Below, piece by piece: positions 39,945 through 53,537 of a stretch of 64,000 bases of DNA. Below the pieces are notes generated by a model. It did no database searches, was not told the DNA's origin, and worked only from the letters and a program-made list of their open reading frames with translations. The stretch comes from Epiperipatus broadwayi (Eukaryota > Animalia > Onychophora), in assembly GCA_028023455.1 (NCBI GenBank), contig JAQFVV010000007.1, forward strand, positions 5,456,001 through 5,520,000, read 5' to 3'. A program made the position numbers and the translations under genes. The number at the start of each line of letters is the position of its first letter. The stretch's first letter is position 1.

Positions 39945-42039
39945 GAATTGTTATCCAGTTTTCAAGAATTTTTTTTATTAATATAAAGATTTGCATTTAT
40001 ATACAATATATTCATATATATAATAAAATATTAATCCATTTTTAGAGGCATGGAGAACAAAAATGTTATAAATAAAAAAATATTGCTAAAAAAATCATTA
40101 AAAGTTATACATATAAAACAGTTTAATGATTTTTTCATTACATTAATAATTTACTGTTTAAAAAAATAGACATTTTAATTTTTTCTGCTATTTTCTTTTA
40201 TTTGAATTATGTGCAAAATTTTAGATTTCTTGCAATGTATGTGAATATGTATTTTCTGTGTGCATGTATGCATAGATATTTAGATAGGACTTTTAATATT
40301 ATGATAATTAGATACAATATTTAAAAAATTGGGATTAATATTAAGCTTATAGTATTTTTGTTCTTTTGATTTTAGTTTAATTTTACAATAATCAGCTTAA
40401 ATGAAAAGATCTCTAAAACAAAGTTCTTAAGACAATTTTAAAATGATACTTGCTAAAAAAACATAAGATTTCCTCAACAATGCTATCATAACTCCAAGCA
40501 TAAAACGATTAAAACAAATGCAATAAATAATGAAAGCATTGCATTTAGTTTTACGTTTGTGTATGTGTTTTTAAAAGAAATTATTTGATTTATTTCAGAC
40601 TCAATGATATATTTTCATTTGGTTATGCTGGAAAAGTTGATATTTATGACATTCTTTTAAAACTAATAGTTTATTTATATTTTTGAATACTGTACACATA
40701 TAATTATTTGTTTCTATTGAAAGTTTTTTTTTATTTTTTTTTTTTAGTAATTTCTTTTTTTAAAATGTTATATTGAGTAATTCACTTTTTTTTTTTTTTG
40801 CTAACTTGAGTTTTATTTTTGTCATGATTACAGTAATGAAGCAACTTTATAAAAAGACAACATTGTATTTGGACATAAAAGTGTTGAAGAATTACTTTCT
40901 TTGCAACAAGAGATTTTAGAACTTTTGAAAAGTTATAATGTATACTATAGCTGTTTATTTTATTTCATTAAAAATTCTGCAACCAAGGTCAACAACAGCA
41001 GTTATTAATATTTAACAGGAATTAAATAATATAATGTATATTTTATAATTTTGGGTTAATCTCATCAAGTAGGTAATAGTCAAGTTAGTTTTCAATTAAC
41101 TGTTTAAATTTTTGAACAAATGTAACTGATTTCTAGATGTTTGTTCACATATATTCTTTTATAATATAATTTATAAGCTGTACTAAAATCATAACTAATA
41201 TACACATTTGTTTCATTTAGATCATTTTTCATTTTCTTTCCATACTATCAAAAATAAATAATTTTAATATTTTCTTTAATTGTGCAATTTAAAAATATTT
41301 ACATTTGAGGAAAATTTCTGATATTAAATTAAATATTCATTTCTTTCTCCGGATCATGTAACGGTAAGCTTTTCAGTTGTTTTTTAAATAATCAAATTTA
41401 ATATTAAATTTTGTCCATAATGTTGCCTTTTATATAAAAAATTAAAAATAATCAACTTAAAATAAAATTGAAACAGATAACTCACTTTAAGTAATAAAAT
41501 TATTTAATATATCAACCCCACTTTCATTCCTTAATGTAAAATTTTCAAGATTTTTTTTTACACAATCATATGACCAATTACCCTACAACAATTCCACCTA
41601 GTGGACATTATTTACATTACATTACAATAAATATAATTAGTAAAATACATACATGTACATAGATATGGTTAAACTTATTACAATCCTTTTTTTTTTACAA
41701 TATATATATATAATAATCTAAAAAACCACAATAATAATCACTTTCTCTTATTTTAAAACTATAATTCTAAAGTTGCCAATAATCTAACAATGCCAATTTC
41801 CTCCCTAATTCTGCTGAACCTTTAACCATGTTTACTCTTTTTTTGGATATTTGAAACTCATCTTTAACAAATCCATTTTCCATCATTTCAGAAATATTTA
41901 TCAGCAAATAAAGTTTTTAATTTCAATTTTAATCAAAAGTCTTGATTATTTATTCCATCATGAGATGCTCAATTCCTCTGCCAAATGCAATATTGTTTTT
42001 TTTTTAAAAAAAATAATAATTTTTAAAATTTATTTTCAG

Positions 42040-42116
42040 GTTTGGTGTTCAGCAAGCACCGTTGCAGCAGAGCACTTGCAGTTATTAAATGACCCTCATA
42101 GTCCAGCTCAGTTTAG
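42040..42116 (+). CDS. M13 peptidase exon, VWCSASTVAAEHLQLLNDPHSPAQF(R)
   Basis: tttcag| and |gtgagg; VWC...DPHSP (catalytic His); ends in phase 2, so a further exon is required. Confidence 0.96.
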
Positions 42117-42315
42117 GTGAGGACATATTATACATATATATGATCAGATAAAATATAATAAAGAAAAAATTCTAGAATAAATTGCACAATATTCAAAATT
42201 CCAATATATAAAAATAACTTTCCACAATATTATTAACAACTAACATGCTATTTATTTATAATTGTTTAGCAATGTCTAAAAATCACATGATCACCATTTC
42301 TCATGCTTTCTCAAG

Positions 42316-42403
42316 CACTAGATAGGGATTTTATGCACAAATCTTTTTGCATTCATTGATTACTCTGGCTTGCACTGGCACTACTGTATGGAGAGTTTTG
42401 TTT
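42316..42403. mobile_element. Fragment of AAACAGGCAAAACTC MITE family
   Basis: gggattttatgcacaaatc..cattgattactctggcttgcactggcactactgtatggagagttttg. Confidence 0.75.
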
Positions 42404-43029
42404 CAATGTCTAAAAAAAGTTGGTCCCATTATTTTCTAGTTTTTGTGAAGCCTTTATAAATAAATAGCATGTATATGGTATTGAATACATGTGTACAATA
42501 TATATATATTGAAATAGACAGTGGTCTATTTCAATCTATAATTTATTTTAAAAATATAGTAGTTGGAAATTGTAAATCAAATTCAGGTTTCAAAAATTGG
42601 ATTGTTTTTATATAGGAGGTTTGTGTTATATAAGCTTACATACATTAATAAAGGTCTGTGCTTAATATAGTTATTAAATGCTTTATTTGAAGTTGAAAAA
42701 TCAGTTTGTTTGTTTGTTAGTTTATTTGTTAAGTTTCGATCTTTTTCAAGTTAGAATAAAATTTTAAAATTGAGGATTCATATATTTAAATTCAATAGAA
42801 TTGCTTGAAATCTGTATATAACTAATTAATACAAGCCTAATCTATGTAAGACACTCATCTTTTTAGTAGATAGCCTAATTTCTTAGATATGGAACAAAGG
42901 GCAGGAAAATATTAAAAATATTCAATATTGTCACATATCACAGTTAATTATTGTTAGAACTTTGATTTGTTTTAAGTAATTCTTATGAGAGGGCAGTAAA
43001 GATTTTTTTTCTTTCAATTTAATATTTTA

Positions 43030-43440
43030 ATTTAGTTAAGTTAATTACTTTCAGAAATGAAAGGCAAGTTTTAAGCAATATACATACAAGAAATATATAT
43101 ATTTTGTTTCATACTTTGTTTTAATTTGATGGTTTGATTAAAACTAGATGTAAATTTTAAAATAAACATTTATTATATTTAATAAAAACTTAATTTACAA
43201 GCACAGTTTTCATTAATAAGTGTTAGCTATCTAATGTAACAAAAAGTTAGGTTAATAACTTTCAGAAATAAAGAGCAGTGAGTGGATAGATTTTCACATA
43301 TTTTGATGTCAAGGAATATATATTTTGTTTATAATTTGTTTCCATTTAATGATTTGATTAAAACTAGAATTAAATTGTAAAATAAACTTTTATTACATTT
43401 AATAAAAACATAATTTACAAACACAATGAGTGGATGTAAT
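43030..43440. repeat. Old local duplication of about 200 bp
   Basis: gttaat.actttcagaaat.aa...tttgattaaaactaga...taataaaaac.taatttacaa occurs twice. Confidence 0.7.
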
Positions 43441-45443
43441 TTCATAATGATCTATTACATTTTTACCATCTAACTTCTATCATTTTCAATATAAAATAAA
43501 ACTAAAGTATCAAACCTTGTTTGTGACATAATTGTTCTTAAGTATGCTTTAATTAATTTTTGTTCTTAAGTATGTTTTAATTTATTTAAGTTTTGAAAAT
43601 GAATGCTCACCACTTACTACACTTATTGATATAGTTAATAAAATTCTTAAGACTATTGCAAAATGTGGAAAAGATAAATTGTTTGATACTTATAAATTTA
43701 ATGATATCTAAAAGGTTTTCAATTTTTGATGCATCTGTTTGAAAAATGTCTTTGTATATTAGTATCTTGTCAAAATGTTTTGTGGCATTTATGTCTATTG
43801 TTATTATCTAAGTCATCACAATGTTTTTGAAAATCTTCTTTACAAATTGTAAACACTATAAAAAAAACTAAAATAATCAATGTGTGTTTTGGGTTGCTCT
43901 TTTGAGCTCCACACAGTATCTAAAGGAGTATAAAATACATCAACTTTATTTTTATCTTCTGGCATTTGCAGTTATTTATTTGAATGTTTGTATTGAAATT
44001 GCTTTTTTTGTTGTTGTTCAACTTCTAATATCAATGTAAATTCTCTCCATTTCATAGTCACTTAATTGTTTTGCAGTTTCAAAAACTTTTTTATAATTCA
44101 TATCTGATTGATATTCAGAAATGTATATTTTTAAATTTCCAATAGATTCTACATCTAGTGATATATTCATATTTTGTCCTGAAGAGCTTTACTAAGTAAC
44201 TCATAAATTATTAAACAGCAGGTGAATTATATACTCTTTGATTTTAAGATATAAAACTCTTGTTTTATTTTTAATTTCATTGCTGAAGCTATCAATATTT
44301 AAAATTTCAACAAAGCATCATAAATCTCTCCTAATTGATAATGTAAAGGGTGAATTGTTTAATTTACAATTATTCTTTAGATATCTTATAGTCTCTGTTA
44401 TATTTTAATTATAGATAATAATTAATATTATATAACAATCTCTCATAAAAACAAATTCTACACATACTAAATCATCAATATTGAAATTAAAATGATATAT
44501 AAAATTTATATTACCTGTGGAACTTCTTTTTTTTACTTGAGCTTTTCTCTAGTGAGAATTTAATTTCAACAATACAAGTATATATAACAATAAGTAAAAA
44601 CCAATATCCTTTATAACCTGAAAGTTCATTTAAAGTCTTTAAGAGGGCCAATTATTTTTATCTTGGTGAGATCTTTTAGAATGTTTTTTGGTGCTTTAAG
44701 TGTAAAATTATAGAGGCCACAAAACAATAAATGATAATAAAATTTTATGTTTCAAATTAATACTTTAATGTGATAAACTTTAAGAAAATCACAATAAGGT
44801 GTTTTTTTCTTTCATTTCTATAGATATAAAGTGAATAATTAGTAATTTCCTGAGAAGTGAAATTTTCTAATTTTACCATTTCTAAGATGATTGTTTACAA
44901 AAAAGTAATTCTATTAATTTTAAAACTAATTTAAAATAAATATGGATGTGTGTAACAATTTTTTAAATAGTGTGGGCAAAATAGCTTAAAATTTTAGATT
45001 TCAATAACAGCTTTAAATTTTATTTTATTCATGCATTTTACCATGATGAAAAATTTTCAGATGAGTTGCTTATTCATTAGGACATTTGAGAAACATGCAC
45101 ATAACATTTTAAAACATATTTTAATAAGTTTAAATATACAAATCACAATGTTGGAACAAATACTATTGTATTACAGATATTGAACTAAATGATTTTATTT
45201 ATCTATATATAATCCTTCTAAACACTTTTCTTCTTCCTTTCCTTTATTTCTGCTATCTTCATATAATATATTGCAATTCAAATAATTCTTCTTAAACTTT
45301 TTTCAGCAGTTTCAACTGTACCATGCAATCTTCATCAGATCTACAAAATTCAAATACACATAAGAATATAACCATTACATAATATATTTTATATTTTATA
45401 CAAATTTATCAATTCTCAAAATTATTAATTTTCTATTAACTTC

Positions 45444-48125
45444 TTAAAATTCTTTAAAACATATTATATCTCTTGTAACACCTATTTGTTCTCTTACCCA
45501 TATATTGCATTTTTGATCTCTTCTTGTTACTCCCAAAATGCATCTCTCCATACTTCTTTGCATGTTCTGAAGTCTTTGTATTGCTCTTCTATTAAGTGTC
45601 CAGGTCTCAGATCTATAAGTAAGAACTGGTAAAACACATTTATTAAAAACCTTTCTTTTCAAACACATAGGCATATTTCCTTTTAGTATCAAGTTATTTC
45701 TACCAAAAGCACTCCAACCAAGTTTAATTTTATGATTAATTTCATCCATTATGTTTCCATCTGTATTAATAATCTGACCAAAGTATTTGTAGCTGTTAAC
45801 TTCTTCTAACTCATCATAAACAATCTTTATTTTCATATTTTTTGAGAAAATCCATTAAACATTACTTTAGTCTTTTTAACATTTATCTTTAGTCCTACTT
45901 TCATCTGATAACTCCTGCAACATTTCCTGCAGCTCTAAAGCTTATTTGCAAAAACAACAACATCATATGCAAAATCTAAATGACTTAATAATCTCCATTT
46001 ACTTTCATTTCTTTAACTTCCTATTTTAATCCACAAATCACTTCTTGCAACACTGATGTAAAAAGTTTTGGAGATATGGAGTCACCCTGTCTTACACCCT
46101 TCTCAATGTTGACTTTCCTAGGGTCATTATGTAATCTAATTGTTGCTGTTGTATTTTTATAAATATTCTTTAAAATATGACAATATCCTGAATCTATACC
46201 TTGAAGATCCAATGCTTTAATCACTGAAGAAATGTTTGTAGAATCAAATATCTTTTCATAATCTACAAATCCAAAGCATAATGGCAACTCATATTCATTT
46301 GTATTTTCTATAACTTCTCTCAATATCTGTATATGATCTACTGTACTAAAATCACTTTTAAATCCAGCTTCTTCTCTTGGTTGGTGAAAATCTAATGTTC
46401 TCTGTAGATGAGTTGTAATTATCTTGGTAAAAATATTGTATAAAACTGATAAAAGGCTGATAGGTTTGTAATTTTTAATATCTTCTTTATCATCTTTTGT
46501 AAATATTAATATTAATACTGCATTCTTCCAATCATCTGGTACATCTTTATTATTTGACCATTTGGTATATAACTTTGCTAAAAAATTATATTTCTTCACC
46601 TCCTTCTTTTAATATATTAATTATAATTCCATAATTACCTGGAGCCTTTTCTTTCTTCATAAATTTAATTGCATGTCTCATTTCTTTATTTAAAATTCTG
46701 GGTAATTTGGAAGGTATAATAGATATAGGAGGTGCTTGTTCTTTATTACTATATAATTCTTGATAGAAGTCTTCTACCCATTCATGATGTCATCTCTTTT
46801 TTTAGTAATAATTTCATCTTTTTTTCTTATTGCAGATATAAATTTCCTACCAATATCAAATTGTTGTTTTATACTCTTGAGACTTTTATTCTCTTCTACA
46901 ATTTTCCTTGCTAGTTCACAGTTATACTTTCTTACATCATTTTCAACTCTTTTCCGCATCATTTTACAAAATTCGAGATATTCAATTCTTTTTAATGCAT
47001 CATTTTTGTATATCTTCATATTTCTTCTTTTCTTCATAAATTCTCTAGTCTCAGTAGATATTTGATTGGTCACTTGCTGCTTTTTTCTACCAGCTATCTT
47101 CATTGTAGTTTTTAAAAGTATCAATTATTTTCATATTAATTTCATTCCAATGTGAATCATGTTCAAAATCTACTAATACTTGAAACTGATTTGTAAGTTC
47201 TAATTTAAATTCATTAGAATGTCTCTGAAGATTAGGAATATCAACTGTAAATGTTGGTTTTCATAAAAAATGTTGTCTCTAGGTTTGCATTACACATATC
47301 TTACATCTTACTAATCGATGATGGTTTTCGTAAAAAATGTTGTCTCTCTAGTTTTGCATTAACACATATCTTACATCTTACTAATCGATGATCACTACCT
47401 GTGTTTAATTCATTAAGAACATTACAATCTTGAAATGTATATTCTGCTGTAGTTTCATTTGGATGCTTCCATGTCCATTTCCTTTTAACATTTTTCCCAA
47501 AAAAAGAATTCATAATATAAAGTTTTTCTTTTTCTGCAAACTCCATAAGTCTATGTCCTCTCTCATTTCTATTACCATAACCAAAATTATCTACAGCCCT
47601 TTCATCTTTCATTTGTTTACCAATTCTAACATTAAAATCTCCCTTAACAATATTAAAAATGTTCTTTATTCTGATCAAAAGCATTTTGTCCATATAAAAA
47701 TCGTCTACTACTTCATCACTATGAGAACTTGTTGGGACATAAACCTGAATTATCTGCATTTGGTATCTGCTATTAAGTTGTATAACTAATCTTGCCACTC
47801 TGTCTGATACACCATCAATCTCCACAATATTGTTCTTCCACTTTTAAAATCAATGGCCCATTCACCTATTCTTCCAACTTCACAAAGTCCAATAATGTCC
47901 CATTTAATATAAGACAGTTTTTCCCATAATTCTTGCAATCTTCCTTCACTTGAAAGTGATCTGCAGTTGTAAGTACCTAAATAAAAAGTCATTCATCAAA
48001 TGGCAGCCTGGGTCCACAATCAGGAGATTTTTAGTTCCCTCTGCCTTCAACCACCAATTGCTGCCTTGGTTGATGACTTTGCAGCTTCCTGGGAATAAGG
48101 GCCATGATTTATTTTTGTCTGCCAT
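45444..48125 (-). mobile_element. Near full-length RTE LINE (5' UTR, APE, RT), 3'-truncated and frameshifted
   Basis: MTFYLGTYNCRSL..WDIIGLCEV, GDFNVRIG, DHRLV, PISLLSVLY, FVDYEKIFDS, GVRQGDSISP, YKYFGQII; internal tandem duplication at about 47255-47390. Confidence 0.95.
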
Positions 48126-50574
48126 GATGATATATATCTATTGAAAAAATACTTATCATTTACACATACATTCATTCTGCCTTATCAGGCAACTGAGGAG
48201 AAAGACCATGGTGTTTCTTGATCTTAAACTCAGAGATAAAAAGCCAATAAACTTACCATACTGACTAATGTGTGTTGGAGAGCAGCCTTTCCATGTTCGT
48301 ATGCTATATGAATAATCACATAGTAATGACAGCTGCAATGACAAGAATGTATGGAGTGGACATTAGGAATTTGCCCTGCTTGGATCTTTTAAGGGCCTCC
48401 AAAATGAATCAAAGGGTCTTTTTTCAGTTAATAGCAATATATGACTAAATAAAATAAAGAAAATGAAAGTAAATAAAGAATACCCAGAAATAAACTTCAT
48501 TTATGGATGGTTTAATTGAGTACCTTAATTTTTAGAAAATCTTGACAGTTAATTTATCCTCACCCTTTTTCCTTAATTATAAAATACTCTTTTAGAAATA
48601 GTTCTTCTGACATATATGTATATAACCTTTATTAATGCATTCTATCTAATTATTTAAAAGCTGTATTGATTTATTTAACCATTCACCTTATACATATATG
48701 GAACTACTATGAAGACTGGTATGTATATCCAGATCCCAACCATCTGAAAAATTTAAAAAAATAAGAATATGGGTGATAAGTGATAATAAAAGAGAAATGC
48801 ATGAAAAACTATTTTTAAATCTGTCCGTGGAAAATAAGGAAGATCACACTTCAAGCATTAGATAACGTGATTAAAAGAATTTGAGCTTGGCCAAAACATT
48901 GCAGAGAGAGACTATCAAGAATTCGACAATGTAGAGTGATAATTATAAAAAACAAGGCATGAGAAGCTGTTCCAAATCTAGCCCATGCAAAAGTATATCA
49001 ACTGTGATTAAAGCAGTAGATGACCCAGGTTGCAAGAGATAATATAAAATGAAATCACCTGATGAAAGGAGACTAACCAGATGATGTAAAACAGCCATGC
49101 ACATAATTTAATAACAATTAGACTTTATATATATCGATTTTATATTCACATACACAAGCAGATCAACACTTTTATTTATAAACTACAACATTATGCACAA
49201 GCTCAAATATTTTAGCAAATCTATAGTTTATATACACATATGAGGGTAATTGTTGAGACAGTTTTTTTAAAGTTATTTAAAAGAAGATTAATTTTAAGCA
49301 TTAATTAAGAGCTGTTACTTTAAAATATTTTCATATTTGATTTTAAACTTCAGGTTTATTTGCATTTGGTAAAATAAACATTTAGACTTTTAATATTTGC
49401 AAAAGGGGATGGGAAGAAAAACTAATTTCAAAACTAAGATTTTTTTTTTTTATGAACTATCAAAACTTTAATATACAAAAAAAGAATTCATTCACTAGAT
49501 AATTTTAAAAGTAATAAATTATAATTCAATAAGCATTCATAAAACAAAATATAATAAAAATAAAACATCAATAAAATGAATTAATAATACTGATATAATT
49601 TGCTTATAGATAAAATTAGAAGATAATTAAAGACAAATATAATAACACCTGACTTATTGAAGATATAATAAAGTTCATATTACTATTAAGTCCATTGGTG
49701 TTGTAAGCTTTTGCTTCCAGTGAGTTATTTGTAAAGGAGTAGCTATTCTTTTGTCCATTTTTGTGGTTTTGTTTAGGATTACAGATTAGTTGAGAGAGGC
49801 TTCCTTAGAAATTGGCATTTTAAGAAGGTCAACTTTCTATGAATTTATGACATGTAAGAGACTGAAGTTAGACAAAAATCACAGTTTGTCTTGGTATAAT
49901 GCCTGGGCATTCATATTTCAGAGAATGTTACTAGGAATGATTTGTATGTTCATTTTTATAATCACAATCCGCTTGTCACAAACTATTGGTGGAGACTCTT
50001 GATTTCTAAGAATTAATTAGTGATGAGTGCAGTTTTGTGGAGCAGAATAAAGTCTCAGCATCCTGTATGCAACCTTGAATAGTAGAGTAATAACAAGTAG
50101 AGATGAGATTCTTTATGTCTCTAAAGAATAATGTACATAAGCTCATAAATACTTCAAGAAAGTTATTGTTATAGCACACCAAAATAAATCAAATAACAGT
50201 TTCAATTACTGGTAAGAATGCCTATGACAAATTATTTGAACAAAAAAAATTCTTACCCTATGAGAAGCCTGGCATTTACAACTGAATATAAAAATGGTAT
50301 CTTAATAATGACAAAAACAATTTACAATTAGTTAATGCTATTGAACAATCTGCAATTAATAAAAACAATGTTTATTTATATTAAAACATATAAATGAAAC
50401 AAAATAATTAATAACTCGTCCATATCTGAAAGTTAATCGAAAGCACTATAATTCATTAAAATTAACTTACATCAAAATTCATGGATTAACTATTATAGCT
50501 CTAGGAATAATTACTTTATATTAATAATCATGCCTGGCTTATTGAGTAAATAAAGTTCTTATATTATCATACTA

Positions 50575-51129
50575 GTGCTGCAGACATTTGGGTTAATGTT
50601 TAAGGTGATATGTATATACGTTTTCTGATTATTCAGGCAATCTGTCATTTACTGAAAGTAAGGTTCAGATAGGAGCTTTGGTGTAGAGCTTCAGACATTT
50701 GGGTTAATGTTTAAGGTGATATGTATGTACATTTTCTGATTATTCAGGCAAATTGTCATTTACTGAAAGTAAGGTTCAGATAGGAGCTTTGGTGTAGAGC
50801 TTCAGACATTTGGGTTAATGTTTAAGGTGATATGTATGTACATTTTCTGATTATTCAGGCAAATTGTCATTTACTGGAAGGTTCAGATAGGAGCTTTGGT
50901 ATAGAGCTGCAGACATTTGGGTTAATGTTTAAGGTGATATGTATGTACATTTTCTGATTATTCAGGCAAATTGTCATTTACTGAAAGTAAGGTTCAGATA
51001 GGAGCTTTGGTGTAGAGCTTCAGACATTTGGGTTAATGTTTAAGGTGATATGTATGTACATTTTCTGATTATTCAGGCAAATTGTCATTTACTGAAAGTA
51101 AGGTTCAGATAGGAGCTTTTGTGTAGAGA
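50575..51129. repeat. Minisatellite, five 111-bp units (one of 107 bp)
   Basis: Units start at 50581, 50692, 50803, 50910 and 51021 (cagacatttgggttaatg...). Confidence 0.95.
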
Positions 51130-52960
51130 TTGTTTGATCAAAAAAAAATTAGGTCACTAGTTTAGATCATGCTGGAATGATGTTAAGGTCTGAAGAAAGT
51201 AGTCTGCCATGGTGTAAATGCCTCATCCACTCATTACTATCCGAACAACAACTGAGATGGCTGGTAGCCATGTCCCACTTAATAGATGTTGGGAATCACT
51301 GTTGATGGTTACTGGAGATTAATTGACTAGCAACAAGCAGTAAGTTCTGCAGATGCACAATAATGAAGAAGTCTGAAACTGTTCACTTATAAAGATCAAA
51401 TGAATAATAATTTACATTAAATTTTAAAGCTTATTTATGACTTCAGCCCCTTTGTTTTTTTTCTCAGAAAATTCTAAAACAGGCATTAATTTAAAAAAAA
51501 CACTATTCTAGATAAGCCAGAATTCCATCATTAATTAAATTTCAAATTAATTACCTTGTGGAAATACATTTCTTACTTAAAATTAGAGTAATTGTTGTAT
51601 TTGGCTGAATTGCAGGCTTCAGACTCAAACCAACAGTAATATCAAAAATATGAACACTCACAATTGAATATGTATAATTTATTAGAACAAATATATATAC
51701 ATATTATACAATCAATAAATACAGTTTGATGTATAGCTTAGTCAATAATGAACTGGGGATGCCAAATGAGTAGACTCACTTCCAGCTGTATATATTAGCT
51801 TGCCTTGTGAGTTCTAGTCTTAAATCTTCTGGATGTACTGGACAGTTTGCATCAAGTTTACTAAATGACTCTTCCGGATGTACTAGACAGCTTATCTCGA
51901 GTCTGTCATAGTCATAGCAGCTTCCAGTCCTATCGTGAACTTACCTCACTGCATAGATATATCAATAGTGAATATAACAGAAACATTTTTGTTGTTGGAA
52001 GTGGTTTCAATGGAGAGCACTTTAAGTATTTCAGGTACACAAACATTCTCTTAAGAATGCGAACAGTGGTTTAGTTAGGCAAAGCCTAACCAATGGTAGA
52101 ATTATATACACATGTTTACACATTAGACATACTTATGTTTTACCCTTTGGCCATGTTTACACATTGGTTATTCACATGTTTACACATTGGTTAGTGCAAT
52201 GTGTGATCATTCTGATCAAATAAGGAAGAAATCTGAACTGGCTCACTTCTGAAGGCAAGGTCAGATATGACTGTAATGAAAGTCAAATTCCTTTTACCAA
52301 GCATTGTCTAAAAAGACAGAAAATAAACTTGTATAAAGATAAAATATTTTTCTCTTTAAAATTCATTTTGCTTTACAAAATTTGTTTTACAAAATTATAA
52401 CATTAAATTTCATTACAAAAAAAATTATACACTCATATATGTGTGCATTATATATATGATCAAATATTTTAAAAATATGAGTTTAAAATACAACTCAAAA
52501 CAATATAACTTTAATTTTTTAATGACCAACTGATATTTTCCATGCTATATTTTAATTTGAGTTGCATCAAAGCATCTCAATAAATTGTAATACATGTGTA
52601 TATACATGAATAAAAATATGAAATAGTCTTTATACCTTAAATTATGACAGACCAATGATTAATATAAATAAATACATAGAATGATAAATTAATCACTACA
52701 TATTGAATAAAAAACACAAATATTAAGTCAAAAACATTCACATTTTTGGCATTCTATTTTTTTTTTTTTTTTTGGAATTTTAAAATATTAATATGAAAAA
52801 ATTTTTTAATAATAATTTGTTTTGAAAGATTTTCGAATATTTTAAAGATAATTTTATAGTATATACAAGCGCTTTATCATGCTGGGTGAAGAAGCAGTTA
52901 ATGATAAAAAACAAAATAAAAATGTAATAAAACTAAAAAACAAAATAAAAAATTAATGCA

Positions 52961-53000
52961 GGTCTAGCGCTTTCAAGGTTTTGTCCCTCATATTAATGGG
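52961..53000 (-). ncRNA. Hammerhead-like motif, A3-U8 type (degenerate)
   Basis: ATTAATA-T-GAGG-gacaaaa-CCTT-GAAA-GCGCT-A-GACC; G5 and the 5' strand of stem I are mutated. Confidence 0.55.
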
Positions 53001-53537
53001 AAAAAACAGATTTTAAATTGTTGTTGTGATATTGATAAATGATAATCTATGTAAATGCATATGTAAATTAACTTGTCCATTTTCTGGAGATAGAAAAACG
53101 TATCACGTTTATTGATCACGTTGTTATTGCTGATGATAAAATACACTTCTTTAATCTTCCTTTTGCAATTGTTAGCCTCAGCGCATATTATTTTGGGGTT
53201 GGAGGGTTCGAACATATGACCAGCCTGCTTCTCGAGTTCAAAAAATATTGAGATGTTATCATTGTTCTTTTTTGCTCTTCTGTATGTATACATGTGCTGA
53301 GCAACTCTGCATCCAGCCTGAGGGCATGATATGCTATACACGACTTGTGGGGTTTGAGATGGATTGATCCTGTCCTTCGCATTGTTAATGAGTCTGTTAG
53401 TATTGGGGGGAGGGGGATGGAAACCGAATTTAAATTCATTAGCTAAAGTTTTTATAAGCTGTTTAGATACTTTGGGGGTGTAAGGGAAGGTGGTTTGAGG
53501 TTTATCTTTAATAGTGTTGTTAGCTATTGATTTTTTA

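Noticed and set aside
44175-44225. CTGAAGA-G...C-ATAAA
   Set aside because: Too many departures from the consensus to support a hammerhead.
48180-48420. TMVFLDLKLR, possible PLE RT domain 7
   Set aside because: A single short motif with no supporting flanking motifs.
49340-49375. cag|G TTT ATT TGC ATT TGG TAA as the final M13 exon
   Set aside because: Ends in C-I-W-stop but lacks the ~30 conserved residues (SN..F..F.C...MNP) required; probably chance.
50575-51129. Retrozyme or coding repeat
   Set aside because: No hammerhead core with stems on either strand, and stops in all six frames.
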